This document shows, piece after piece, positions 19,935 to 29,013 of a stretch of DNA of 64,000 nt. Under the pieces are notes generated by a model, which saw nothing but the letters and a program-made list of their open reading frames with translations, had not been told where the DNA came from and made no database searches. The DNA is from Planctomycetota bacterium (GTDB lineage Bacteria > Planctomycetota > UBA8108 > SXIK01), in the NCBI GenBank assembly GCA_965223845.1, contig CBDCXR010000004.1, positions 1,184,001 through 1,248,000 on the forward strand, read 5' to 3'. The position numbers were made by a program, and so were the translations under genes. Numbering within the stretch: position 1 is the first letter of the stretch; each line of letters begins with the position of its first letter.

Positions 19935-21500
19935 CTACGCCTGAGAGTCGTCTCCGTTCGTGCTCAAGCGAAGCGGTCGGGCCCCCCTGACGGCGACCAC
20001 CAGCGCCGAGCGCTTCGGAAGGACGAGGCGGAGCTCGCTCGACGAGCGATCGAGCGAAGCGGCGGCGCCGCCGTAGCTGAGCTTCGCATCGATGTCGACT
20101 CGGCCGCCGTGCGCTACTTCGAGAGGGATCGCTGCGCGCGTTCGCCGCCGCGTACCCGCCTCGACGGCGACGACTAGGTGGCAGTCGCCGAGGGTGCGTA
20201 CGAAGATCATCCGTCGATCGCGGGCATCGAGGATCGCACAGGATCCCCGGCGCAGGGCCGGCTCGTCGCGGCGAAGTCGAATCGCCGAGCGGAACAGCTC
20301 GCGCGTCTCCGAGTGCCAAGCGGTTTCGTCCCACGGGAAGGCGCCGCGGCAGCCCGGGTCGGCGCGTCCTTCGAGCCCGATCTCGTCGCCGTAGTAGACG
20401 CACGGGGCGCCGGGAAGCGCGAAGAGGAGAATCGCCGCGAGGTGAACGCTCGCGTGATCGCCGCGGACGAGAGTGAGCGCGCGTTCCGTGTCGTGGCTTC
20501 CGAGGAGATTCAGGTGCGCGTGAAGCGCCGCGGCGGGATACGCCCGGCTCTGGTCGACGAGGAGGTCGCGCATTCCCTCGCCGTCGATCGATTCGAGCGT
20601 GTATCCGCCCGGCTGCGCGCGTCGGTCGAGTCGTCGCGCCGTGAAGCCGATGAGGGAGCGCGCGAGCGGATAGTTCATCACGCCGTCGAAGCGATCGCCG
20701 CGCACCCACTCGGGCGCAGCCGTCCAGATCTCTCCGACGAGGTAGGCGTCGCTCCGAACCGCCCGGACCCGCCGGCGAAACTCGGGCCAAAACGTCGGTT
20801 CATCGACCTCTTCGGGTACGTCGAGACGCCACCCGTCGACTCCGAACTCCGTCCAGTGCTCCGCGGCGCGGAGTACGTGCTCGCGCGCCGGCCGATGCCG
20901 GAGATCGAGCTTCGGGAGGGCCCGCATTCCCCACCACGCTTCGTAGTTCGGCTTTCCGCGCCGCGCGTAGGCGTTGACGGGCCAATCGTGGATGCGAAAC
21001 CAATCGGAGTACGGCGAGTCCGAGCCGTTCTCGAGCGCGTGATGGAACGGCCAGAAGCCACGCCCCACGTGATTGAATACGCCATCGATCACGACCCGGA
21101 TTCCGCGCGCGTGCGCGGACGCGAGAAGCTCGGCGAGCGCCTCCTCTCCACCTAGGAGGGGATCGACACGGAAGTAGTCGTAGGTGTGGTAGCGATGGTT
21201 GCTCGCCGATGCGAAGATCGGATTCAGGTAGAGCGCGTTCACTCCGAGATCGGTGAGGTAGTCGAGATGCTCGACGATGCCGAAGAGGTCGCCGCCCTTG
21301 AATCCGTGGACGGTCGGTGGGGCGTCCCACGCCTCGAGCGGGCCCGGGCTCGGCGCGCGACCGCTCGACGCGAATCGATCGGGGAAGATCTGATAGACGA
21401 CTGCGTCGGCGACCCAATCCGGGACGTCCGGAGTCGAGTCGGTCGGCGGCGCGTCGGCGGCCCGAGAAATGTGATCGACCTGAGTTTCGATAGGGTCCAA
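19935..21500 (-). CDS. GH13 neopullulanase/cyclomaltodextrinase-like alpha-glycosidase
   Basis: YQIFPDRF, DGVFNH, GWRLDV, GEIW, LGSHD, YYGDE; start codon uncertain. Confidence 0.92.
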   Translation of the reverse strand: MDPIETQVDHISRAADAPPTDSTPDVPDWVADAVVYQIFPDRFASSGRAPSPGPLEAWDAPPTVHGFKGGDLFGIVEHLDYLTDLGVNALYLNPIFASASNHRYHTYDYFRVDPLLGGEEALAELLASAHARGIRVVIDGVFNHVGRGFWPFHHALENGSDSPYSDWFRIHDWPVNAYARRGKPNYEAWWGMRALPKLDLRHRPAREHVLRAAEHWTEFGVDGWRLDVPEEVDEPTFWPEFRRRVRAVRSDAYLVGEIWTAAPEWVRGDRFDGVMNYPLARSLIGFTARRLDRRAQPGGYTLESIDGEGMRDLLVDQSRAYPAAALHAHLNLLGSHDTERALTLVRGDHASVHLAAILLFALPGAPCVYYGDEIGLEGRADPGCRGAFPWDETAWHSETRELFRSAIRLRRDEPALRRGSCAILDARDRRMIFVRTLGDCHLVVAVEAGTRRRTRAAIPLEVAHGGRVDIDAKLSYGGAAASLDRSSSELRLVLPKRSALVVAVRGARPLRLSTNGDDSQA

Positions 21501-21650
21501 CGGCGGAGCTCGCGTTTAGTGAAGCCGACAGTCGGTGCGGCAACAGGTACCCGAGCGAGCTTGAGGACGCCAGTGGAAATCACCGAGAGGAACTCTGTCG
21601 TCGCCGCGACTCGCGCGCGATCAGGCACCGCACTTCGGACGAAGGGATTC

Positions 21651-22118
21651 GTGCGTCTCGTGTTTGCTGCTGCCGCTTTCGTCCTCGGAGGGGGCTGTTC
21701 GCCGACCGAAGAGCGACCGACGACGCATCGCGTGCGCCAACGGGCGCCGGAGGAGGTGGCGCTCCGCGAGAAGTTCGTCGCCGATCACCCCGAGCTTCCC
21801 GCGAGCTTGCGCGAGCAAGTACTCGCGTTCACGATCGCTCCGTCCGACGCCCTTCGTCGGTACCAGTTCGTCGTGAACCGCTCCGACCTCGACTCGCGAC
21901 TCCGCCGGCGAGTTCTCGCTGGGCAGGTCGGAATCGGTATGACGCGCGAGGTCGTCGCCGCGTCGTGGGGCGAGCCGCGCGCGGTCCGCCAGAGGGGCGC
22001 GGGGGAGTCGGCGGTCGAGGAGTGGGAGTACCCCCTTCCGGGGAGCCATGCGGGTGGTGTCTTGAAGCTCATTTTTGCGGGTGAGGAGCGACGTCTCGTC
22101 CGCATCGAGAGCGAGTAG
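21651..22118 (+). CDS. hypothetical lipoprotein with a SmpA/BamE-like C-terminal motif
   Basis: GTG start, hydrophobic stretch and LGGGC lipobox; GMTREVVAASWGEP...EEWEY motif. Confidence 0.6.
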   Translation: MRLVFAAAAFVLGGGCSPTEERPTTHRVRQRAPEEVALREKFVADHPELPASLREQVLAFTIAPSDALRRYQFVVNRSDLDSRLRRRVLAGQVGIGMTREVVAASWGEPRAVRQRGAGESAVEEWEYPLPGSHAGGVLKLIFAGEERRLVRIESE

Positions 22119-22453
22119 ACTCGGAAGGGAGTTCGGATCGGGGTTCCCGGGGCCGCGCCGTCGCCGAGCTTTCGGACGACTGGTATACTCGCCCGTTGTG
22201 CTCCGTCACGTCGGGCGCCCGACGGCCGGAGCTGAGCGAGCCGGAGCAAGAAGCGGAGACCGCCCGGAAGCGGCTCTCCCGGTCGGGCTCGTTGTCGCGA
22301 GTCGACGGCGGTGCCTCTCGAGTCGACGGTCGTTCGCGTCGCGATGGATCCCTGGATTCCTCGCGCTCGATCTTCGAATCAGCTCCTGCGTAGACTCCTC
22401 CCCGAACACCCGCCGCACGTTCTCCTGGCGGACATCGATCGAGCAACGACCCT

Positions 22454-23821
22454 ATGAGTAAGACCGCGGCGGAGACCTCTCGGCGCGCCGGCGATTGGTC
22501 GCCGATTTCCTGGCAGACGAAGACGGTCAAGCAGCATCCGACCTACGCGGATTCTGCCGAGCTCGATCGCGTGCTGCGCCAGCTTTCGCGGCTTCCGCCG
22601 CTCGTATCGAGCTGGGAGGTCGAGAACCTGAAGTCGCAGCTCGCGGGAGCTGCGCGCGGCGAACGTTTCCTCCTGCAAGGGGGGGACTGTTCGGAGAATC
22701 TCTACGACTGCGAGTCGAGCGCGATCGCGAGCAAGCTGAAGATCCTTCTTCAGATGAGTCTCGTTCTCGTCCACGGAATCCGTCGCCGTGTGATCCGCGT
22801 CGGCCGGTTCGCGGGGCAATACGCGAAGCCGCGCTCGAGCGATGTCGAAACGCGCGATGGGGTGACGCTGCCGTCCTACCGCGGTGACCTCATCAACGCT
22901 CCGAACTTCACGCCGGAGTCGCGAGAGCCCGATCCCCATCGCCTCCTCCGCGGGTACGAACGATCCGCGCTCACGCTCAACTTCGTGCGCTCGCTCGTCG
23001 ACGGTGGATTCGCCGACCTTCACCACCCCGAGTATTGGGATCTCGGCTTCGTCGAGTGCTCGCCCCAGGCGAGCGAGTACCAGAGGCGGGTCGAGTCGAT
23101 CGGCGAGTCGCTCCGGTTCATGGAAACGCTCGCGGGAATGGAGGCGGGGCAGATCGGTCGCGCGGAGTTTTACGCGAGTCACGAAGGTCTCCACCTCTAC
23201 TACGAGCAGGCGCAGACGCGTCAGGTGCCCCGGAGAACCGGGTGGTACGATCTCTCGACGCACATGCCGTGGATCGGCGATCGGACGCGCGACCTCGAGA
23301 GCGCGCACGTCGAGTTCTTCCGCGGCATCGAGAACCCGATCGGGGTCAAGGTGGGGCCGTCGATGGATCCGGCGGAGCTCACCGAGCTCATCGCGATTCT
23401 CGATCCCAAGAACGAGCCAGGTCGTCTCACTCTGATCCATCGCTTCGGGGCGGACGGGATCGAGGAGCACCTGCCTCCGCTCGTCGACGCCGTGCGCGCC
23501 GCCGGCCGGAGCGTCGTCTGGTGTTGCGATCCGATGCACGGGAATACCCAGTCGACTGCGGCCGGCGTGAAGACGCGGGACTTCAGCAAGATCCTGCTCG
23601 AGCTCGAGCGCGCGCTCGCGATTCACGTCGAGTGCGGCTCGCGCCTCGGCGGAGTGCACTTCGAGCTCACCGGCGAGAACGTGACGGAATGCACGGGCGG
23701 AGCGCGGGGGCTGACGGAGAGCGATCTTCGGAAGGACTACCGCTCGCAGGTCGACCCCCGTCTCAACTACGAGCAGGCGCTCGAAATGGCGATGCTCCTC
23801 GCGAAGCGGATGGAAGCCTAA
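22454..23821 (+). CDS. 3-deoxy-7-phosphoheptulonate (DAHP) synthase class II
   Basis: LQGGDCSE, RFAGQYAKPRS, WIGDRT, DPMHGNT, GGVHFELTG, DPRLN. Confidence 0.96.
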   Translation: MSKTAAETSRRAGDWSPISWQTKTVKQHPTYADSAELDRVLRQLSRLPPLVSSWEVENLKSQLAGAARGERFLLQGGDCSENLYDCESSAIASKLKILLQMSLVLVHGIRRRVIRVGRFAGQYAKPRSSDVETRDGVTLPSYRGDLINAPNFTPESREPDPHRLLRGYERSALTLNFVRSLVDGGFADLHHPEYWDLGFVECSPQASEYQRRVESIGESLRFMETLAGMEAGQIGRAEFYASHEGLHLYYEQAQTRQVPRRTGWYDLSTHMPWIGDRTRDLESAHVEFFRGIENPIGVKVGPSMDPAELTELIAILDPKNEPGRLTLIHRFGADGIEEHLPPLVDAVRAAGRSVVWCCDPMHGNTQSTAAGVKTRDFSKILLELERALAIHVECGSRLGGVHFELTGENVTECTGGARGLTESDLRKDYRSQVDPRLNYEQALEMAMLLAKRMEA

Positions 23822-24263
23822 CCCGCGCGGGCCGAGCCCTCGGCACTCGACGCCTGAGCATCGAGAGTGCTGCGAACGCTTCCCGTCCCTGCGGCGCGGT
23901 CTCTCGTCGCTGCTTCCACCGCAGCGGGCGATCACATTGGGCGAAGGCGAGCGCGCTCCCGGGCCGAGTCTTCTCGTTGGGCGAAGTGTGTTCGAACGAA
24001 ACACTTCCCGCGACGCATCGAGCCGGCTCCCGTACCGACGCAGGTTCCCACCGGGCCGCGGCTTGGGACGAATCCTCGGCCGTTCGCCAGCTTCGGAACG
24101 CGTTTTGCAACGTGGGCTCGAAGAGGAGCAAGGCCCCAGGTGATGCTCGTTCCGCCCGTGGGAAGGAGGGACTGACGCTTGTGCTGGGAGTCGCGCTCCT
24201 CGTTTTTTTATGGCACTGATGGCGTCGCGCGCGTTTCGCCATCGCTCGCTCCGCCGCGCCCGG

Positions 24264-24292
24264 TTGTCCGATGTAGAGGGTGCGCGTACAAT
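24264..24292 (+). promoter_or_regulatory. sigma70-like promoter of proS
   Basis: TTGTCC (24264-24269), 17 nt, TACAAT (24287-24292), then CCGCGC. Confidence 0.65.
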
Positions 24293-24354
24293 CCGCGCCT
24301 CGATCGAAGCGGAGTCGCTATTCGGCTCACCGAGCGGCAGCGGAGCGACGGCTC

Positions 24355-25875
24355 ATGGCCAAGAAGGCAAAGAACGCGATCTCGCCGACGCGCGAGGAAG
24401 ACTATCCCGAGTGGTATCAACAGGTCATCCGCGCGGCGGAGCTCGCGGAAGTCTCGCCCGTCCGCGGCTGCATGGTGATCAAGCCCTGGGGATACACGCT
24501 CTGGGAAAACATGCAGCGCGTCCTCGACGGGATGTTCAAGGCGACGGGCCACGAGAACGCGTACTTTCCGCTCTTCATTCCGATGAGCTATCTCGAGAAG
24601 GAGGCGGAGCACGTCGAGGGGTTCGCGAAGGAGTGCGCCGTCGTCACTCATCATCGGCTCGAACCGGGTCCGGAAGGAGGGCTCGTACCTGCGGGCGAGC
24701 TCGACGAGCCGCTCATCGTTCGTCCGACGAGCGAGACGATCATCGGCGCCACCTACTCGAAGTGGGTTCAGTCCTACCGCGATCTGCCGATCCTCATCAA
24801 TCAGTGGGCGAACGTCGTCCGCTGGGAGATGCGGACGCGTCTCTTCCTTCGCACGGCCGAGTTTCTCTGGCAAGAGGGACACACCGTTCACGCGACCAAG
24901 GAGGAAGCCGTCGAAGAGACCCTGCGCATCCTCGATCTCTACGCCGATTTCGCCGAGAGCTACATGGCGATGCCGGTGATCAAGGGGGAGAAGACCCCGG
25001 ATGAGCGCTTTCCGGGTGCCGTCGACACCTACACGATCGAAGCGATGATGCAGGACCGAAAGGCGCTCCAAGCGGGGACCTCGCACTTTCTCGGGCAGAA
25101 CTTCTCGCGGGCGTCGGAAATCAAGTTCCTCGATCAAAACGGTAAAGAAGTCTACGCCTGGACGACCTCTTGGGGAGTGTCGACGCGCCTGATCGGCGGC
25201 CTCCTGATGACCCACAGCGACGACGACGGACTCGTCCTCCCGCCGCGCCTCGCGCCTCGGCACGTCGTGATTCTTCCGATCTACCGCTCGGACGACGAGC
25301 GGTCGACCGTGCTCGAGTTCTGCGCTCGCCTCGAGCGCGAGCTCGCCGACACCGAGTACGACGGCCGACCCGTCCAAGTCATGACGGACGACCGCGATCT
25401 TCGCGGCGGGGAGAAGGCGTGGCAGCACATCAAGAAGGGGGTGCCGATCCGTCTCGAGATCGGACCGCGGGACGTCGCGGGAGACTCGGTCTTTCTCGGT
25501 CGGCGCGATCTTTCCCCAAAAGAGAAATCCGGCGTACCGCGCGCGGAGTTCGTCGCGAACGTCGTGCGGATCCTCACCGAGATTCAAGACGGACTCTACG
25601 CGCGAGCGAAGGCCCGCCGCGAGGACGTCACCCGGACGATCGATGACGCCGGCGAGTTCGAGGAGTTCTTCACTCCGAAAAACGCAGAGAAGCCGGAGAC
25701 CCACGGCGGCTTCGCGCTCTCCCACTGGGCCGACGACCCAAAGGGCGCGGAAGTGCTGAAACGCCTCAAGGTGAGCGCCCGGTGCATTCCGCTCGACGGC
25801 GCGGAGGAAGACGGCCGCTGCATCTTCAGCGGCAAACCGAGCCGGCGACGGATCGTGTTCGGGAAGGCGTACTGA
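24355..25875 (+). CDS. proS: proline--tRNA ligase, archaeal/eukaryote-like type
   Basis: VRPTSETII, QWANVVRWE, FLRTAEFLWQEGH, QAGTSHFLGQNF, SWGVSTR, C-terminal FGKAY; no INS editing domain. Confidence 0.97.
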   Translation: MAKKAKNAISPTREEDYPEWYQQVIRAAELAEVSPVRGCMVIKPWGYTLWENMQRVLDGMFKATGHENAYFPLFIPMSYLEKEAEHVEGFAKECAVVTHHRLEPGPEGGLVPAGELDEPLIVRPTSETIIGATYSKWVQSYRDLPILINQWANVVRWEMRTRLFLRTAEFLWQEGHTVHATKEEAVEETLRILDLYADFAESYMAMPVIKGEKTPDERFPGAVDTYTIEAMMQDRKALQAGTSHFLGQNFSRASEIKFLDQNGKEVYAWTTSWGVSTRLIGGLLMTHSDDDGLVLPPRLAPRHVVILPIYRSDDERSTVLEFCARLERELADTEYDGRPVQVMTDDRDLRGGEKAWQHIKKGVPIRLEIGPRDVAGDSVFLGRRDLSPKEKSGVPRAEFVANVVRILTEIQDGLYARAKARREDVTRTIDDAGEFEEFFTPKNAEKPETHGGFALSHWADDPKGAEVLKRLKVSARCIPLDGAEEDGRCIFSGKPSRRRIVFGKAY

Positions 25876-25961
25876 AGCGCAGGAAGAAGTTCATCCGCGC
25901 GATGGACTCTGACGCGGCTTCTCGCTCGTCGTCTGCCTTCGCGGCCTTCGCGTAGACCTAT

Positions 25962-27881
25962 TCATCGCCGGCCGAGCGCCGAGATCGTCTCGAGCTCGAA
26001 CTCCGCGAGCAGCCCAAAGCAAAACGCCTCCGGCTGCTGGTTGACCGCCCAGTTGCGATCGATGATTTCGCGCAGGCTCCCGAGCGGCTCGCGGACATCG
26101 AGGCGGTCGATCGCGTCGCGCTCGAGCGCCGCGGCGACGGTCGCGATGAGGCTCGCGCGAGGTCCGATTGCAGAGACGCGGACCGGCTCGCCGGGGTAAC
26201 GGGTTTTCAGCCAGCGAGCCGTCGCGCCGACCTGGCTCGCTTGAATGCCGAGCGGACGCTCGCCCACCGAGCTGACGAGGATCGCGTAGAGGAAATCGCG
26301 GGATGTGATCTTCGATTCGCCGAAATAGAAGGGATCGATCGCGAGAACTCGCTTTTCCGCACCGATGATCGATTTCGCGGCTTCGGCGACGGTCTCGTCG
26401 CCGCGACCGCGATCCGCGAGGACGATCACCGTCTCGCGCGCTACCGAGCCCACCGCGGAGAGTTCGGTCGCGGGCACGGTCCATTCGCCGCCCATCTGGA
26501 GTCGCCAGCGCTTGGCGCGGACTCCGTCGCCGTTCGTGCCTCCTATGTCCGTCGCCGCGACTTCGTATCTCTTCGCGCGCGTGAGCGCCCAGAGTCGCTC
26601 GCGCGCCGCCGCGATCGCCGCCGGAGAGTCGAGTGAGCGTTTCGTCGCGGGTAGGGTACCAGCGATCTTCTGAGCGAGCCGATGGAAGTCGGCATTGTCG
26701 TCGGGAATGTCGACGTGGAGCTCTTCGGCGCTCAGCACTTCCGCGGCGGCGTTCCCCTCCGCCGAGTCGAACGACTCTCCATCCGAGACGAGATAATCCC
26801 GAATCGCCGCCCCGAATGCACGGCGGTTGTCGAGATCGAAATTGTGCGTCCCGGGGTCGTCGTTCACGTGCGACCGGAGCCGGTCCGCGACGCCGTAGAG
26901 CGCGTAGATCGGCTCCGCCGCTTCGAGGAGCGGCGCGAGGGCGTGGTCCGCGCGAAAGCAGCACTGATCCTTCGCGTTGTACGTGAGAAGCGTCGGCCGC
27001 GGCGCGCGAAGCGCAGTGAGATGCGTGTAGTCGGCGATCGCGGCGAGATCGCTCGGGGTCTGCTCCGAGTCTCCGAGATCCGACGGGAAGTGGACGCGCG
27101 TCCGGTAGCTCGAGTAACCAGCCACCGGGTTCGCGAGCGTAACGCGTTCGTCGAGAGCGGAGATGACGATCGTCTGCCACCCGCCGCCCGAGAGACCGGC
27201 TACGGCGACTCGGTCGGGATCCGCGTTCGGGTGTTCGAGAAGGATGTCGAGTCCTCGCGTCATGGAGAGATAGAAGGGGGCGAGGCCACTCGTTCCGCAG
27301 AGGTCGAGCTGGTTCATTCGGTAGTGATTGAACCCGTCCGATCGCAGTTGACCCATGCCGAGCCACTCGACATTCAGCGCGATCAGCCCCTGCTTCGCCT
27401 GGTGGATGCAGCGGATCTGCTTGTACGGTGCCGCCTTACCCTTCCCGTCGTGGCCGTTCACGTTGAGAACGACCGGAACCTTCGCGCGCAACTCTCTCGG
27501 CTCGTAGAGGAGAGCCGGAACCCAGAGTCCGGGTACGGCCTCGAAGCGAAGCCTGCGGATGCGGTAGTCGGAGAACTTCTCGATCGATTCGAGCCAGACG
27601 ACGCGCGTCGGCTGCTGCGCCCAAGCGCGCGCGTCACCGCGAAGAACGACGCGGTCGAGGACATCGCGACGGATTCTTCGCGCGTGGGACTCCCACTCCT
27701 CGATCGAGCCGACATCGGGAAGGCGAGCGACGCGCGCTTCACAGAATGACTGCACCTCGGCGAGAGGCAGCTCAGCGGGGATGACGCGTTCGCGGAGGTG
27801 ATCGCTCACGTCCCCCTCGGCGGTCGTCATTCCGGTAGTCAGGAGAGTGGCGATGAGCGCGATCGACGATGAGGTCTTCAT
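25962..27881 (-). CDS. secreted alpha/beta hydrolase (acetylxylan-esterase-like)
   Basis: Signal-like N-terminus MKTSSSIALIATLL; NVNGH; GLSGGG nucleophile elbow; DQCCF; PGTHN. Confidence 0.8.
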   Translation of the reverse strand: MKTSSSIALIATLLTTGMTTAEGDVSDHLRERVIPAELPLAEVQSFCEARVARLPDVGSIEEWESHARRIRRDVLDRVVLRGDARAWAQQPTRVVWLESIEKFSDYRIRRLRFEAVPGLWVPALLYEPRELRAKVPVVLNVNGHDGKGKAAPYKQIRCIHQAKQGLIALNVEWLGMGQLRSDGFNHYRMNQLDLCGTSGLAPFYLSMTRGLDILLEHPNADPDRVAVAGLSGGGWQTIVISALDERVTLANPVAGYSSYRTRVHFPSDLGDSEQTPSDLAAIADYTHLTALRAPRPTLLTYNAKDQCCFRADHALAPLLEAAEPIYALYGVADRLRSHVNDDPGTHNFDLDNRRAFGAAIRDYLVSDGESFDSAEGNAAAEVLSAEELHVDIPDDNADFHRLAQKIAGTLPATKRSLDSPAAIAAARERLWALTRAKRYEVAATDIGGTNGDGVRAKRWRLQMGGEWTVPATELSAVGSVARETVIVLADRGRGDETVAEAAKSIIGAEKRVLAIDPFYFGESKITSRDFLYAILVSSVGERPLGIQASQVGATARWLKTRYPGEPVRVSAIGPRASLIATVAAALERDAIDRLDVREPLGSLREIIDRNWAVNQQPEAFCFGLLAEFELETISALGRR

Positions 27882-28066
27882 GGGTTCTCTCAAATGAGCT
27901 CGACTCGACGCCTCGGAGCGGACGAGTTCGAGCGAGACCTCGAACTCGCCGTTCTGTTCCGCACCCCGGCGCTCCATTCGAACAGCTTGACACGAAAGAA
28001 TTCCCGGGGACATGATCTTCGGGCTAATCTCCGTGGCTCCGCACCGTTCCGACTCGAGAGAGGACC

Positions 28067-28843
28067 ATGACAGAGCAGTATCTCGCCGGCAAGGTCGCCC
28101 TCGTCACGGGCGCAGGAGCGGGTATCGGCCGCGGCTGCGCCCTCGAGTTTGCTCGAGCCGGCGCGGATCTCGTTCTCAACGATCGGCCGGGAGAGACATC
28201 GCTCGACGACACCGCCCGAGCCGTTCGGGAATTCGGCCGCGAGTGTACGACGATCGCCGCCGACGTTTTCGGTCGTGCGGGTTGCGAGAAGGTCGTCGCC
28301 GCCGCGTTTGCCTGGAGGACGGTCGACATTCTCCTCAGCAATCCCGCGCTCAATCCGCGACGACCATTCCTCGACTACGACCCGGACGAGTTTGAGCGCG
28401 CCGTCCAGGCGACCCTCTGCGGCGGGTTTCACGCTAGCCAGCTCTTTGCGCGTGAGCGCGTCGCCCGCGGCGGCGGCGGCGCGATTCTGTTCATTTCGAG
28501 TGTTCACGCTCACACGCCGTACGGTGAAGCGGTCGCGTACAACGCGGCGAAAGCCGGGCTCAACCATATGATGCGGACGATCGCGGGCGAGTTGTGCGAG
28601 CATCGCATCCGCGCGAACGCGATCGAGCCCGGTTGGATCGACACTCCGGGAGAGCACCGATCGTTCGGCCGCGACGCGATCGATCGCGAGGGCCCCCGGC
28701 TTCCTTGGGGACGCATCGGGACTCCCGAGGACATCGGCAAGGCGGCCGTCTATTTGGCCTCCGATGCGGCCGACTACGTGACGGGAAGCGTACTCCGCGT
28801 CGATGGAGCCTACGTGCTCAAGGACTCGATCCACGAACAGTGA
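28067..28843 (+). CDS. SDR family oxidoreductase (glucose/sugar 1-dehydrogenase-like)
   Basis: TGAGAGIG, SSVH, YNAAK, PGWIDT, VTGSVLRVDG; GAGGA RBS. Confidence 0.93.
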   Translation: MTEQYLAGKVALVTGAGAGIGRGCALEFARAGADLVLNDRPGETSLDDTARAVREFGRECTTIAADVFGRAGCEKVVAAAFAWRTVDILLSNPALNPRRPFLDYDPDEFERAVQATLCGGFHASQLFARERVARGGGGAILFISSVHAHTPYGEAVAYNAAKAGLNHMMRTIAGELCEHRIRANAIEPGWIDTPGEHRSFGRDAIDREGPRLPWGRIGTPEDIGKAAVYLASDAADYVTGSVLRVDGAYVLKDSIHEQ

Positions 28844-29013
28844 CGCGACTCCGCGAGATCGAGTTTCGCGAACGGGCGAACCGTCACCGTACGAAACAAC
28901 CGGAAACGACCGAACCGCGACGCGAATCGCGGCCTCGGGTATCATGTTCGGCGATTCGTCCCCGCCCGGTCGGGCGGAGCACTCGATCTCCTCGCACGAG
29001 TGAATGGAGACCC

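Noticed and set aside
24120-24245. T-box, fluoride riboswitch or SRP RNA upstream of proS
   Set aside because: There is no GGTGGNACC T-box. GGTGATG...CTGACG resembles crcB only superficially, with no pseudoknot pairing, and there is no SRP GNRA/AGCAG domain. The region also lies upstream of the proS promoter.
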